Source: Candidatus Pacearchaeota archaeon (GTDB lineage: Archaea; Nanobdellota; Nanobdellia; Pacearchaeales; GW2011-AR1). From it: a DNA stretch of 64,000 nt. Below the pieces are notes generated by a model. It searched no databases. It had not been told where the DNA came from and saw nothing but the letters and a program-made list of their open reading frames with translations. Positions within the stretch are counted from its first letter, which is position 1; every line of letters begins with the position of its first letter. Positions 17,459-27,757 of this stretch are shown piece after piece. The stretch lies in contig JAFCEL010000001.1 in assembly GCA_017609205.1 (NCBI GenBank), forward strand, positions 86,183-150,182. Reading direction: 5' to 3'. Both the position numbers and the translations under genes were made by a program.

Positions 17459-19213
17459 ATGGTAAAAGTAGGTGATTATAAAATTGAGAATCTCTATCAA
17501 GGAGGATATTCATCACTAGACCCATCACAGAATCTTTCTCCAATTCCGAATCCTATTAGTGCAAAAGATCTGGGAATGTCGACAGATGCCCGAACAGCAA
17601 ACATAATTAAACAAGCATCACAGAATCTTTCAGCAGGTGCTACTACAATTGAGATTAACCAAGTATTCCCTGAAGTCTTTGATGCTGTACCAAAAGAGCA
17701 ATTAGAAGAAACAAGACGATTGGCAAATCTGCTTGGAGTTGATATAACTTTTCATGCCCCTGTTGTGGAACCATCAGGCATGACACAACAAGGGTTTACT
17801 GAAGCAAATCGTGAAGCAGTCGAAAGACAAATGATGCAAGCAATTCAAAAAGCAGCGCTCTTAAAACCCGACGGAAATATCCCTGTGACATTCCATTCTT
17901 CTGCTACTGTTCCAGGAACAATAATTCCAAAAGCAGATGGAAAAGAAAAAAAACCTGAAGAGACTTATGTAATTAATTCTTATTCAGGAGAAATTCACAA
18001 AATCCCAATTAAACAAAGGACCTGGCCTGGTGAAAAAGAAGCAACACCACAAAAAGAAATTCAACAGATAAATGAAGATGTATGGAGTAGCAAACTTACG
18101 AATCTCGGTTATCACCTGCAATGGGGTTCAAGATATCTCGAAGAAGCAAAACAAATAGGTGATGAAGATGCTTCTATAACAAAAAAAATAGGGAAAAATT
18201 ACCTGGTAGATTCTTATCGTCAGTTAAAAGAGCTTTATAATATGGCATATATCTCAGCAGAGAAAAATGGAAATAAAAGAGATATTGAAGTTCTAAATAA
18301 TCTTTATAAGAACATAAAAAAAGATGCAGAGTCTATTAAAAAAGACCCTCATGACGATAGAAACCTTCAGAGAATGCAGAAGATTCTTCAGGAAGGTTTG
18401 ACTACATTTGAAAAATTATCCGCACCTCCAAAAGTTTTCAAGCCAATTGACGAATTTGCTGAAGAAAAAACCGTCGAGACTTTTTCTAATCTTGCTGTAA
18501 ATACCTATAATGATTTTATCAAGAAAGGAAAAAAGGCACCAATAATCTCTATTGAAAATCCCCCCATAGGAGGAGCATTTAGCACAGGAGACGACTTGAA
18601 AAGGATTGTTGAAAAAACAAGAGAAGAATTTATCAATAAAATCATAAAGCAGGGAGTTCCAAAAGAAGAGGCAAAAAAACAGGCAGAGCAGTTAATAGGG
18701 GTTACTTGGGACGTTGGCCATATCAATATGCTCAGAAAGCACGGTTATTCTGAAAGAGACATAATCGAACAAACTGATAAGATTGCTCCTCTCGTAAAGC
18801 ACGTTCATCTTTCTGATAATTTTGGAATGGAACATACTGAACTTCCAATGGGCATGGGAAATGTTCCTATAAAAGAGATGATGAAGAAATTAGGAGAAAA
18901 AGGATTTGAGGGAAAAAAAATTATTGAAGCAATGCATTGGTGGCAGCATTTCTCAGAAGGGGGGAAAATTCCCCCTCTACAACCAACTCTCGAAGCATTT
19001 GGTTCTCCAGTTTATAGTGAAGGAGTCGGCCCATATTGGAATCAAATAGTTGGGTTTCAGCAAGGTTATTTTAGCGGATATGGAATGATGCTTCCCCAAG
19101 TTAATTATAATACATGGGGGGCGGGATTTTCAATGGCAAGCCTCCCAATAGAACTCGGAGGACAAATGCCTGGACAAGACGGCAGTAGGATGTCAGGGCG
19201 ACCTATGGAATAA
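17459..19213 (+). CDS. xylose-isomerase-like TIM-barrel (AP endonuclease 2 family) protein with a large insertion and a Gly/aromatic tail
   Basis: ITFHAP...VTFHSS and WDVGHINM...VKHVHLSDN metal-site-like motifs, separated by about 200 aa. Confidence 0.55.
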   Translation: MVKVGDYKIENLYQGGYSSLDPSQNLSPIPNPISAKDLGMSTDARTANIIKQASQNLSAGATTIEINQVFPEVFDAVPKEQLEETRRLANLLGVDITFHAPVVEPSGMTQQGFTEANREAVERQMMQAIQKAALLKPDGNIPVTFHSSATVPGTIIPKADGKEKKPEETYVINSYSGEIHKIPIKQRTWPGEKEATPQKEIQQINEDVWSSKLTNLGYHLQWGSRYLEEAKQIGDEDASITKKIGKNYLVDSYRQLKELYNMAYISAEKNGNKRDIEVLNNLYKNIKKDAESIKKDPHDDRNLQRMQKILQEGLTTFEKLSAPPKVFKPIDEFAEEKTVETFSNLAVNTYNDFIKKGKKAPIISIENPPIGGAFSTGDDLKRIVEKTREEFINKIIKQGVPKEEAKKQAEQLIGVTWDVGHINMLRKHGYSERDIIEQTDKIAPLVKHVHLSDNFGMEHTELPMGMGNVPIKEMMKKLGEKGFEGKKIIEAMHWWQHFSEGGKIPPLQPTLEAFGSPVYSEGVGPYWNQIVGFQQGYFSGYGMMLPQVNYNTWGAGFSMASLPIELGGQMPGQDGSRMSGRPME

Positions 19214-19249
19214 TTTATAAATTAAAATATATTTTAGATTATATAAAAG

Positions 19250-20311
19250 ATGGTTACAAAAAAGAGGTCTTTTAGCTCGCTTCCGACGGGAAAAAAGAAA
19301 AATTCTGAAGAAAGTTTGGCAGAGATGATTAAAAGAGAGCTCTCTAAAAAAGAAAGTCCGAAAAAGAAAAAACAAACAAGAAAAAAAGCCAAAAAAAAAG
19401 ATTCTAAAGAAAAAAAACAAAAATTAAAAGTTGTCGGGAAAATAAAAATTCCTCAGATTGATTCTAAACCCAAAAAGATAAAAATCTCGCCTAAAGAATT
19501 TCCCTCAATGAATCTTAAGTCAGAATATGACATTGCAATGGATTTTGCAACAAAGTCCTACAAGGTTTTTGATAAAATAATTAAATCAATTGTTCTTTTT
19601 GGCTCATCTGTAAAAAAAAGTTCTGTCGTTGGTTCTGATATAGACATAATTATAATTCTTGATGATGCAACAATTCTATGGGATGACAAGATGATTGCTT
19701 GGTACAGAGATGAATTAAACAAAGTTCTTAAGGCAAACCCTTATCGAAAAAACCTTCACATAAACACAATTAAATTGACAACATGGTGGGAGGATTTGTT
19801 AAGAGGAGATCCTATTGTTCTTAATATCTTAAGATATAGTGAACCGCTTATTGACCTTGCTGGTTTTTTTGAGCCATTAAAATTCCTGCTTGCCACAGGA
19901 AGGATAAGACCTTCGCCAGAATCAATCTATAATTGTCTTCAAAGAGCCCCAATCCATATTCAGCGAAGCAAAGCAGCAGAATTAAACTCTATCGAAGGGC
20001 TATATTGGGCAATGGTCGACTCTGCTCATGCAGCACTTATTGCAGCAGGAAGTACACCTCCATCACCAGAGCATATTTCAGAATTTCTCTATGAAATCTT
20101 TGTCAAAGAGGGAAAACTAAATAAGAAATATGTTGAAGATTATAAGAGCCTATTAACACTGCACAAAGATATTTCTCATGGAAAAATCCATGATTTAAAA
20201 GGTGTTGAAATTGATAAATGGCAGGAAAAAACAGAGAGATTTTTAGAGACAATGGCTAAATTAGTAAAGGATTATGTTGATTTTTCTCCTCAATTAACAA
20301 AGAAAAGTTAA
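19250..20311 (+). CDS. nucleotidyltransferase-domain protein with a Lys-rich N-terminal extension
   Basis: Minimal NTase motif LFGSSVKKSSVVGSDIDIIIILDD. Confidence 0.65.
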   Translation: MVTKKRSFSSLPTGKKKNSEESLAEMIKRELSKKESPKKKKQTRKKAKKKDSKEKKQKLKVVGKIKIPQIDSKPKKIKISPKEFPSMNLKSEYDIAMDFATKSYKVFDKIIKSIVLFGSSVKKSSVVGSDIDIIIILDDATILWDDKMIAWYRDELNKVLKANPYRKNLHINTIKLTTWWEDLLRGDPIVLNILRYSEPLIDLAGFFEPLKFLLATGRIRPSPESIYNCLQRAPIHIQRSKAAELNSIEGLYWAMVDSAHAALIAAGSTPPSPEHISEFLYEIFVKEGKLNKKYVEDYKSLLTLHKDISHGKIHDLKGVEIDKWQEKTERFLETMAKLVKDYVDFSPQLTKKS

Positions 20312-20355
20312 TTGATATACCAAATATTATAAATATCCAAAACTCCTAGATATTT

Positions 20356-20589
20356 ATGATTGAATTGTCTAAAATTATAATAGGAATATTGGTTCTTATA
20401 CTTGGAATCCCTCTTGGCAATCTTTTAGCAAAACTTACAAAAGAAGAATTAAAAGCAGGGCAGAGGTTGTTCAGATTAATAATCTTCTTCAGCCTAATTG
20501 GAGGAGTTATTGGTTTATTAATCGGCGACGATATCTTGATGTTTAGTTTATTTTTCATTGCTATTGTAACAAGTAGAAGTTTAAGATAA
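20356..20589 (+). CDS. small membrane protein
   Basis: Three hydrophobic segments in 77 aa. Confidence 0.45.
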   Translation: MIELSKIIIGILVLILGIPLGNLLAKLTKEELKAGQRLFRLIIFFSLIGGVIGLLIGDDILMFSLFFIAIVTSRSLR

Positions 20590-20634
20590 AAGAAATTATG
20601 AGAAAATTAATAAACTAACTTATTTATTCTATAA

Positions 20635-21348
20635 ATGCTATATTTAATAGGGCTCGGATTGAATTCAAAAGGAATCTCACAAGAAGGACTAGAATCTGTG
20701 AAGAAATGTAAAAAAATTTATCTTGAGAATTATACTGTAGATTTCTTTTATACAAAAGAGATATTAGAAGAAATTACTGGAAAGAAGATCTTTACTGTTG
20801 GCAGGGAAGAAGTAGAGAGCTTAGAAATCGTGGATGAAGCAAGAAAAAAAGATGTTGCTCTGCTTGTCTATGGAAGCCCTTTAACTGCAACTACACATAT
20901 TACATTAATTGATGAAGCAAAAAAGTGCGGAATTAAATTTAAAGTAGTGTATTCTGCTTCAATTCTCGACGCTGTTGCTGAAACAGGATTACAGATTTAT
21001 AAATTTGGAAAAATTGCCTCAATGCCAATGTGGAGAAAAAATTTTGAGCCAAAAAGTTTTATAGAAGTTATCAAAGAGAATTCCTCAATAAATGCGCATA
21101 GTTTAATTCTTGTGGATATAGGGTTAGAATTTCCAGATGCATTAAAGCAACTTAAGAAATCTGCTGAAGAGCATAAGATTGAATTAAAAAAAATCATTGT
21201 ATGCCAAATGCTTGGAACGAATAAATCTAAGATTTTATACAAAACCCTAAAAGAATTTGAAGATTACACAGGTATTAGAAAGCCTTATTGTCTAATTGTT
21301 CCATCAAAATTGCACTTTGTTGAAAAAGAGTTTCTAGAAAAAATTTAA
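20635..21348 (+). CDS. dph5: diphthine synthase
   Basis: MLYLIGLGL...YLENYT N-terminus typical of Dph5 (tetrapyrrole methylase fold). Confidence 0.85.
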   Translation: MLYLIGLGLNSKGISQEGLESVKKCKKIYLENYTVDFFYTKEILEEITGKKIFTVGREEVESLEIVDEARKKDVALLVYGSPLTATTHITLIDEAKKCGIKFKVVYSASILDAVAETGLQIYKFGKIASMPMWRKNFEPKSFIEVIKENSSINAHSLILVDIGLEFPDALKQLKKSAEEHKIELKKIIVCQMLGTNKSKILYKTLKEFEDYTGIRKPYCLIVPSKLHFVEKEFLEKI

Positions 21349-21475
21349 AAACTGTTTGTATTTATTCATTCCATGAAGATAGCACAAGATAATTCAATTA
21401 GGAGAATTATCTCAGCTATAAATATAATTTCTATAATTATTATTTAATGACGTTATTTTAAACGTCAGGAGGATT

Positions 21476-21751
21476 ATGGTTTCTAAATTAGATTCTAAAA
21501 CAAGGGGAATGGATTTATGGACTTCGAGGAAGATAATAACCTTATTTGAAAAACTAGCGAACTTAGACGGATCTTGTAGAAAATGGGGCAAACAGAAATT
21601 CGAAGAATACGCAAAAAGAGAATATGTAAGAGATGCCATTGAAAGATGGGAAAGTTTTCATTATGATCAGGCAGTTATTCTTTATGGAAAAGATTTTTCA
21701 GAATTATTAAAACCCTATAATTTAAAAAATAGAAAATCCTTGGAAAGATAA
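21476..21751 (+). CDS. hypothetical protein
   Basis: GGAGG lies 5 nt upstream of the ATG. The stop lies 1 nt before the IleRS start. Confidence 0.45.
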   Translation: MVSKLDSKTRGMDLWTSRKIITLFEKLANLDGSCRKWGKQKFEEYAKREYVRDAIERWESFHYDQAVILYGKDFSELLKPYNLKNRKSLER

Positions 21752-21752
21752 A

Positions 21753-24629
21753 ATGCACAATTTTAAAGAAACAGAAAAGGAAATTTTTGATTTTTGGAAG
21801 AAGAACAAGATTTATGAAAAACTAATGAAAAGAAAAGGTAAGAATTATTTTCTTCTTGATGGTCCGCCATATGCTAATTTCATCCCCCATGTTGGACATA
21901 TTAAAAATACTATCGTTAAAGATTTACTAATAAGAATCAATTTTATGAAGGGTTTCAATGTTCTTTTCCAACCAGGATTTGATACACACGGTTTACCTGT
22001 AGAAAACATGGTAGAGAAAAAATTAAGTCTTCATAACAAAAAAGAGATTGAAGAATTCGGAATCGCGAAATTCATGAGAGAATGCAAAAAAAACGCAGCA
22101 TTAAACAAAGATATCTGGATGAAGGTCTATAGAGATTTAGGAAGTTTATATTATCTTAAAGAACCATATATTACTTATGAAAATTATTATATTGAATCTG
22201 CATGGTGGGCATTTGCACAAATGTACAAGAAGAAAATGGTTTATGAAGGGGAAAAACCTGTTATGTGGTGCCCTCATTGTGAAACAAGCTTAGCAGGCTA
22301 TGAAACAACAGACAGCTATAAGGATGTCCAAGACCCTGGAGTTTATATCCTATTTAAGTTAAAAGATTCTGATGAGTACCTTCTTGTTTATACAACAACA
22401 CCCTGGACTCTTCCTGCAAATGTAGCAATAGCAGTAGCACAAGATAAAGATTATGTTAAAGTGGAAGTGGGTGGGAAGAAAATTATCTTGGCAGAAGAAA
22501 GATTGCAAAAATTATCTGATATGGAATTCGGATATAAAATTCTTGAAAAATTCAAAGGTAAGAATCTTGTTGGAAAAAAATATGAACCCTTGCTTGATGT
22601 TCCCCTACAAAGAGAACTAGCAGAAGGAAAGCACGGAAAAGCTCATGAAGTGATTGCTTCAATACCTTTACTAAAAGAAAGAGTCGCATCAAAGATTAAA
22701 ACAAAAAAGAAAGTTGAGGGAGAGGATTTATTTGAAGAGTTTGTTACAACAGATACTGGAACAGGGCTTGTTCATACTGCCCCAGGACATGGTAAAACAG
22801 ATTATATTGTCGGACAGCACTACAATCTTGCATGTGTCTCTCCAGTCAATGAAAAAGGGGAATTAATAAAAGAACTCGCAGGGTTTTCGGGTTTTGTGAA
22901 AAAAGCAGACAAAGAGATTATCGAAAAACTGAAAGAAGATGGAAAACTCCTGTTTCAAGAAATAATTAACCATAGTTATCCTCTTTGTTGGAGATGCAAA
23001 TCGCCTTTAATATGCATTCTAAGCAAACAATTATTCTTCAAAATTGGTAAAGTTAAAAAAACAATGATAAAAGAAAATAAAAAAGTACACTGGTATCCGG
23101 AGTTTGCACGTGAAAGATTTGACAACTGGATTGAAGATGCTGAAGATTGGAATATCTCCCGTCAAAGATACTGGGGAACACCTATTCCAATATGGAAATG
23201 TGAATGTGGTGAAGAAAAAATAATAGAAAGCAAAAAAGAATTAGAAGAATTATGCGGAGAAAAAATTGAGGATTTGCATTCTGTTGGGGAATTAAAAATA
23301 AAATGCAAGAAATGTGATAAAGAGATGAAGAAAGTTAAAGGAATTGTTGATGTATGGTTTGATTCAGGGGTTGCTCCTTGGGCAAGTTTAGGTTATCCTT
23401 CTAAAAATAAAGAATTATTTGAAAAGAATTTCCCTGTTACAAGAATTAATGAGGCACAGGACCAAATTAGAGGGTGGTTTTATTCCCTAATGTTCTGCTC
23501 TGCAGCAGTTTTTGGAAAAGCCCCTTACAAAGAGGTCAGTATGATTGGGTGGGTTGTTGACAAAAAAGGGAATAAAATGTCCAAAAGCGTCGGCAATATG
23601 ATTACAGGAGAAGAAGCAATTAAAGAACTAGGAGCAGACATCCTAAGATACTATTTTTGCTGGGATATTGCACCTTATGAGCTTCAGAAATTCAATTTCG
23701 ATATTGCAAAAAAAGAAATTGGAAGAATCTTAAATGTATTATGGAACTTACCTAATCTTGCTGAACCTGGAAAATTGAAAACTGAGGAGATAGAAGACAA
23801 ATGGATTCTTTCTAAATTGAACAGTATAACAAAAGAATATCAGGAAGGTTTAGAAAACTTCGAATTGCATTCTGCCTTAAGAAAAATTTCTGATTTTATA
23901 CTAAATGACTTATCAAGAGATTATGTAAAGATGTCAAGGGACAGAGACAATGGCTTCTTGATTTCGCATTGCCTTGAAATAATCCTTAAACTGCTTGCTC
24001 CTGTAATACCTTTTATAACAGAGAAAATCTGGCAAAGATTGAGAGATAAAAAAATTGTAAAAGAAGAAAGCGTTCATCTTTCAAAGTGGCCAAAAGTTAA
24101 TGAGAACAGAATTGATAAGCCCCTTGAAGAAAAGTTTTGTATTCTTTTGCAAATTATTGAAAGAGGTTTAGCAGAAAGAGATAAACTCAAGATTGGCTTA
24201 AAATGGCCCCTTGCAAAAGCAACAGTTTATTGCCCTGAAAAACTGGTTAAGGAATTTGAAAGGATAATTCAGAATCAGCTTAATGTTAAAAGCATTAATT
24301 GGAAGGTTAATAAAGAGATGAAAATTAAATTTGACACAAACTTTACTCCTGAGTTAGAAGCAGAAGGGTATGCACGAGAGATGTCAAGACAAATTCAAGC
24401 ATTTAGAAAAAAATTAGGACTTAATAAAAAAGATTTGGTTGAAACAATTATAATTACCGACGAGGAATTCAGAAAAATTTTAGAAAAACAAAAAAAGTCA
24501 ATTAAAGACAAAACAAATTCTAAAATATTGAGAATTGTTACAACTAGCAAGGAAAGATTTAAAAATAAGATTGGCTTTAAAATAAAAGATAAAAGAGGGG
24601 AAATCGGAATAATAACCACCAATAAGTAA
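21753..24629 (+). CDS. ileS: isoleucyl-tRNA synthetase
   Basis: GPPYAN..PHVGH (HIGH region), DTHGLPVE, DWNISRQRYWGTPIPIW and KMSKS. Confidence 0.85.
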   Translation: MHNFKETEKEIFDFWKKNKIYEKLMKRKGKNYFLLDGPPYANFIPHVGHIKNTIVKDLLIRINFMKGFNVLFQPGFDTHGLPVENMVEKKLSLHNKKEIEEFGIAKFMRECKKNAALNKDIWMKVYRDLGSLYYLKEPYITYENYYIESAWWAFAQMYKKKMVYEGEKPVMWCPHCETSLAGYETTDSYKDVQDPGVYILFKLKDSDEYLLVYTTTPWTLPANVAIAVAQDKDYVKVEVGGKKIILAEERLQKLSDMEFGYKILEKFKGKNLVGKKYEPLLDVPLQRELAEGKHGKAHEVIASIPLLKERVASKIKTKKKVEGEDLFEEFVTTDTGTGLVHTAPGHGKTDYIVGQHYNLACVSPVNEKGELIKELAGFSGFVKKADKEIIEKLKEDGKLLFQEIINHSYPLCWRCKSPLICILSKQLFFKIGKVKKTMIKENKKVHWYPEFARERFDNWIEDAEDWNISRQRYWGTPIPIWKCECGEEKIIESKKELEELCGEKIEDLHSVGELKIKCKKCDKEMKKVKGIVDVWFDSGVAPWASLGYPSKNKELFEKNFPVTRINEAQDQIRGWFYSLMFCSAAVFGKAPYKEVSMIGWVVDKKGNKMSKSVGNMITGEEAIKELGADILRYYFCWDIAPYELQKFNFDIAKKEIGRILNVLWNLPNLAEPGKLKTEEIEDKWILSKLNSITKEYQEGLENFELHSALRKISDFILNDLSRDYVKMSRDRDNGFLISHCLEIILKLLAPVIPFITEKIWQRLRDKKIVKEESVHLSKWPKVNENRIDKPLEEKFCILLQIIERGLAERDKLKIGLKWPLAKATVYCPEKLVKEFERIIQNQLNVKSINWKVNKEMKIKFDTNFTPELEAEGYAREMSRQIQAFRKKLGLNKKDLVETIIITDEEFRKILEKQKKSIKDKTNSKILRIVTTSKERFKNKIGFKIKDKRGEIGIITTNK

Positions 24630-24690
24630 TCCAAAAAATTTGCTCTTTTATCATAACAATATTTAAAAATAAGAGAGGACAAAGATAAAA

Positions 24691-25497
24691 ATGATTGTTA
24701 AGGAAGAATTTTTAAGCAGACTAAGAAAAATTTTTGATCTAAATCTTTATGAAGTTAAAGTTTGGACTGCATTGCTATCAAGAGGGACCTCAACTGCAGG
24801 AGAATTAAGCAATATTTCTGATGTGCCTCGATCAAGAACCTATGATATTCTTGAAAGTCTAGAAAAGAAGGGTTTCATAATAATGAAACTTGGAAAACCA
24901 ATCAAATTTGTTGCTCTTAAACCAGAAGAAGTTGTTGAAAGAGTTAAGAAGAATTTAATAAGGAATGCAAAAGAAAAAGCAGAAAGACTTGAGGAATTAA
25001 AAGGAGATGAAGTCCTTGAGGAATTAAGCACATTATTTACAAAAGGAATTAAATTTGTCGAGCCATCGGATTTGTCTGGAAGTTTGAGAGGAAGACAAAA
25101 TCTTTACAATCACCTCGACATGATGGTGAACAGTGCAGAAAAAACAGTAACAATTGTGACAACTGCTGAAGGTCTAAACAGAAAAATAGAGATTCTCGTG
25201 CCTTCATTAGAAAAATGTAAAAAAAGAGGAGTGAAAATAAGAATTGCTGCTCCAATAAATAGTAATAATATCAAAATTGCAAGAGAATTTAAGAAAGTGG
25301 CAGAAGTTAGAAATGCAGAAAAAATAAAAGCAAGATTCGCAATTATTGATTCTAATCAGATTATGTTCATGCTTCTTGACGACGAGAAATTCCATTCAAA
25401 TTATGATACAGGCGTTTGGATTAATACAGAGTTTTTTGCTTCTGCTCTAGAGCAAATGTTTGAACTTGCTTGGAAAGAAATGAAGCCAGTGAAATAA
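24691..25497 (+). CDS. TrmB-family transcriptional regulator
   Basis: LYEVKVWTALLSRGTSTAGELSNISDVPRSRTYDILESLEKKGFI. Confidence 0.8.
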   Translation: MIVKEEFLSRLRKIFDLNLYEVKVWTALLSRGTSTAGELSNISDVPRSRTYDILESLEKKGFIIMKLGKPIKFVALKPEEVVERVKKNLIRNAKEKAERLEELKGDEVLEELSTLFTKGIKFVEPSDLSGSLRGRQNLYNHLDMMVNSAEKTVTIVTTAEGLNRKIEILVPSLEKCKKRGVKIRIAAPINSNNIKIAREFKKVAEVRNAEKIKARFAIIDSNQIMFMLLDDEKFHSNYDTGVWINTEFFASALEQMFELAWKEMKPVK

Positions 25498-25564
25498 ATC
25501 CAACATTTGCTAAGTTATATAATTACCACGAAAAGCGATGAAAAAACAAAAAAATTGAAAGGAG

Positions 25565-25948
25565 GTGAAAAACGTGACACCAATTGAAATTTTGGCATTA
25601 GTTTTTTCAATAGCAGTAATAGCTAAATTATTGATAATATTTGTCAATAAAGATTCTTGGAAAAAGTTTGTCAGTAAGATCTACAGCAGACCAGGTACAT
25701 TAATTGCAATTGAGTTAATCTTCGCAGCAATTGTTCTCTACTACTTGTTGCAAGAATTGACTATTGTACAGATCGCTGCTTGCATTCTTCTAAGTGCTTT
25801 GCTTACTGGAATGACTTTTGCAACATACAGCAAAGAGATTATTCCGTCAATGCTTAAGACCTTAAAAAAAGGTACATTGAAGAAAGCATGGTTGCCTATC
25901 GTAGTCTGGCTTGCTCTGGCAATTTGGACATTATTTGTTATTCTCTAA
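25565..25948 (+). CDS. integral membrane protein
   Basis: Four hydrophobic helices. The strong AGGAGGTGA at 25560-25568 favours the second GTG (25574) as the start. Confidence 0.55.
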   Translation: MKNVTPIEILALVFSIAVIAKLLIIFVNKDSWKKFVSKIYSRPGTLIAIELIFAAIVLYYLLQELTIVQIAACILLSALLTGMTFATYSKEIIPSMLKTLKKGTLKKAWLPIVVWLALAIWTLFVIL

Positions 25949-26008
25949 ATTTTAGTAACAAAAGAAATTTTAAAACACCTTTAGATAGACGTGTCTTACA
26001 AGGTATAA

Positions 26009-27307
26009 TTAAACAATCTCGCCAATCAAATAATGTGTAGTTACCCTCTTAACCAAGACATTTAATTTCTTTCCCAGGATTTTATCTCTTGAAGGGATAG
26101 CAAATAATTTGTAATTTTCATCCCTTGCCAGATAAGTTCCAGGCCAGCCAATCTTATCAACAAAAACTTTGTGTCTTGTATTAATAAATTTTCTCTGGCT
26201 TCTATTACAAAGATCATTATGAAGTCTAAGAATTTTTATAGCTCTTGACTTTTTTGTTTCTGTGTTAATTTGATTTTTCATTTTTTCAGCAGAGGTTCTT
26301 GGGCGAGGCCAAAATTTTGAAACATTTATTGTCTCTGGCTTTATCTCTTTTATTAATTCATAAGTTTCTTCAAAATCCTCTTGTGTCTCTTCTGGAAAAC
26401 CTACAATCACATCTGTAGAGATATGAATATGGGGGAACTCCCTTCTAAATTCCCGAACTATTCTCATAAAGTCCTCTTTAGTATATTTTCTTTTCATTAA
26501 TTTCAAGATATTGTTTGAACCTGATTGAAGAGGAATATGAAGGAATTTGAAAATTTTTTTATTTTTATAAATATCTATTAAATCAGGAAGAATCTTCAGA
26601 ACATTATTCGGATTACTCATTCCAATCCTAATAAAGAAATTCTTATTTATCTTAACTATTTCATTCAACAATTCAGGAAGTAAATACCTTCCATAGTCGT
26701 TTCCATAAGATGCACAGTCTTGTGAAGTCAACCAGATCTCTTTTGCTCCAGATTCTAAATCCCTCTTAACTGATTTAACAATATCTTCCTTAGGATAAGA
26801 GAATAATCTTCCTTTTGCAAGACGTGTGATGCAATAAGAGCAATTTCCTAAACATCCCTCAGAAATCTGAGTTATTCCAATTAATTTATCTTTAGGAATC
26901 TTTGAAAGATTCAGTTTTATCTCATTCCTGGACCTAAGATACTTCTCAGAATAATTATTACTATAAATATCATCGATTAAATTGACTATATTCCTAATCT
27001 GAGAAGTATCAAGTAAAAATAAATTCCTTTTTTGAAGTTTATCTTTATTTAATCTCGGCATACAACCAGTAAGAATTACTTTTTTACCTTGTTTTAATAA
27101 ATCACTAACTCTCCTACGAATCTTCTCTTCTGTTGGCTCTTTAACAATACAGGAATTAATTATGACTAAATCTGCATAATCAATATTAGAAGTTAAATCA
27201 AAACCTGCCTGCTTAACTAATCCCTTCATTATCTCAGTTGAATTGTAGTTTGCAGTGCAACCATAAGATTCAAAATAGAGCTCCATAAAAAAAGAAAATA
27301 AGACCAA
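26009..27307 (-). CDS. radical SAM methylthiotransferase (MiaB/MtaB family)
   Basis: N-terminal FESYGCTANYNSTE (UPF0004 domain), EGCLGNCSYC radical SAM cluster and a C-terminal TRAM-like region. Confidence 0.85.
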   Translation of the reverse strand: MVLFSFFMELYFESYGCTANYNSTEIMKGLVKQAGFDLTSNIDYADLVIINSCIVKEPTEEKIRRRVSDLLKQGKKVILTGCMPRLNKDKLQKRNLFLLDTSQIRNIVNLIDDIYSNNYSEKYLRSRNEIKLNLSKIPKDKLIGITQISEGCLGNCSYCITRLAKGRLFSYPKEDIVKSVKRDLESGAKEIWLTSQDCASYGNDYGRYLLPELLNEIVKINKNFFIRIGMSNPNNVLKILPDLIDIYKNKKIFKFLHIPLQSGSNNILKLMKRKYTKEDFMRIVREFRREFPHIHISTDVIVGFPEETQEDFEETYELIKEIKPETINVSKFWPRPRTSAEKMKNQINTETKKSRAIKILRLHNDLCNRSQRKFINTRHKVFVDKIGWPGTYLARDENYKLFAIPSRDKILGKKLNVLVKRVTTHYLIGEIV

Positions 27308-27380
27308 TTTAAAAAATGAACGAATCAGTTTTCTTCTTAAAAATTAAATAAAATAGATAAATAAAAAAAATAAAAAGAGT

Positions 27381-27602
27381 TTATCTATTGAATATGGCTA
27401 AGATTGCTCCTAGTGCTGTTGTTATTACAACGATGTATCCTGCAATAAGATTTGCTACACCGATGTAAGGAACTAATAGAGTTCCACTAATTAAAGCAAA
27501 ACCTACAGCAAAAGAAACTATCACGCCAGTAAGCCAAGCCACAAAACTCAAAAGTTTTGAAACGCCACTGGAATTTCTTTTATTTTTTGCTGGCATTTTC
27601 AC
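27381..27602 (-). CDS. small membrane protein
   Basis: Two hydrophobic helices. AGGAGGTGA lies 2 nt upstream of the ATG. Confidence 0.55.
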   Translation of the reverse strand: MKMPAKNKRNSSGVSKLLSFVAWLTGVIVSFAVGFALISGTLLVPYIGVANLIAGYIVVITTALGAILAIFNR

Positions 27603-27757
27603 CTCCTTTAATTTAATTATCGTTATTTACCTAAAGAAAAAAGACTTTAAATAGGTTTTGATTTAAGTTGTTTGAGGAGTCTATAATGTTTTTTAGAGAC
27701 AAAAGTTCTCAATACTCCTTAAGTGATCGTTACTAGGATTAGTTTTGATATAAGAAC

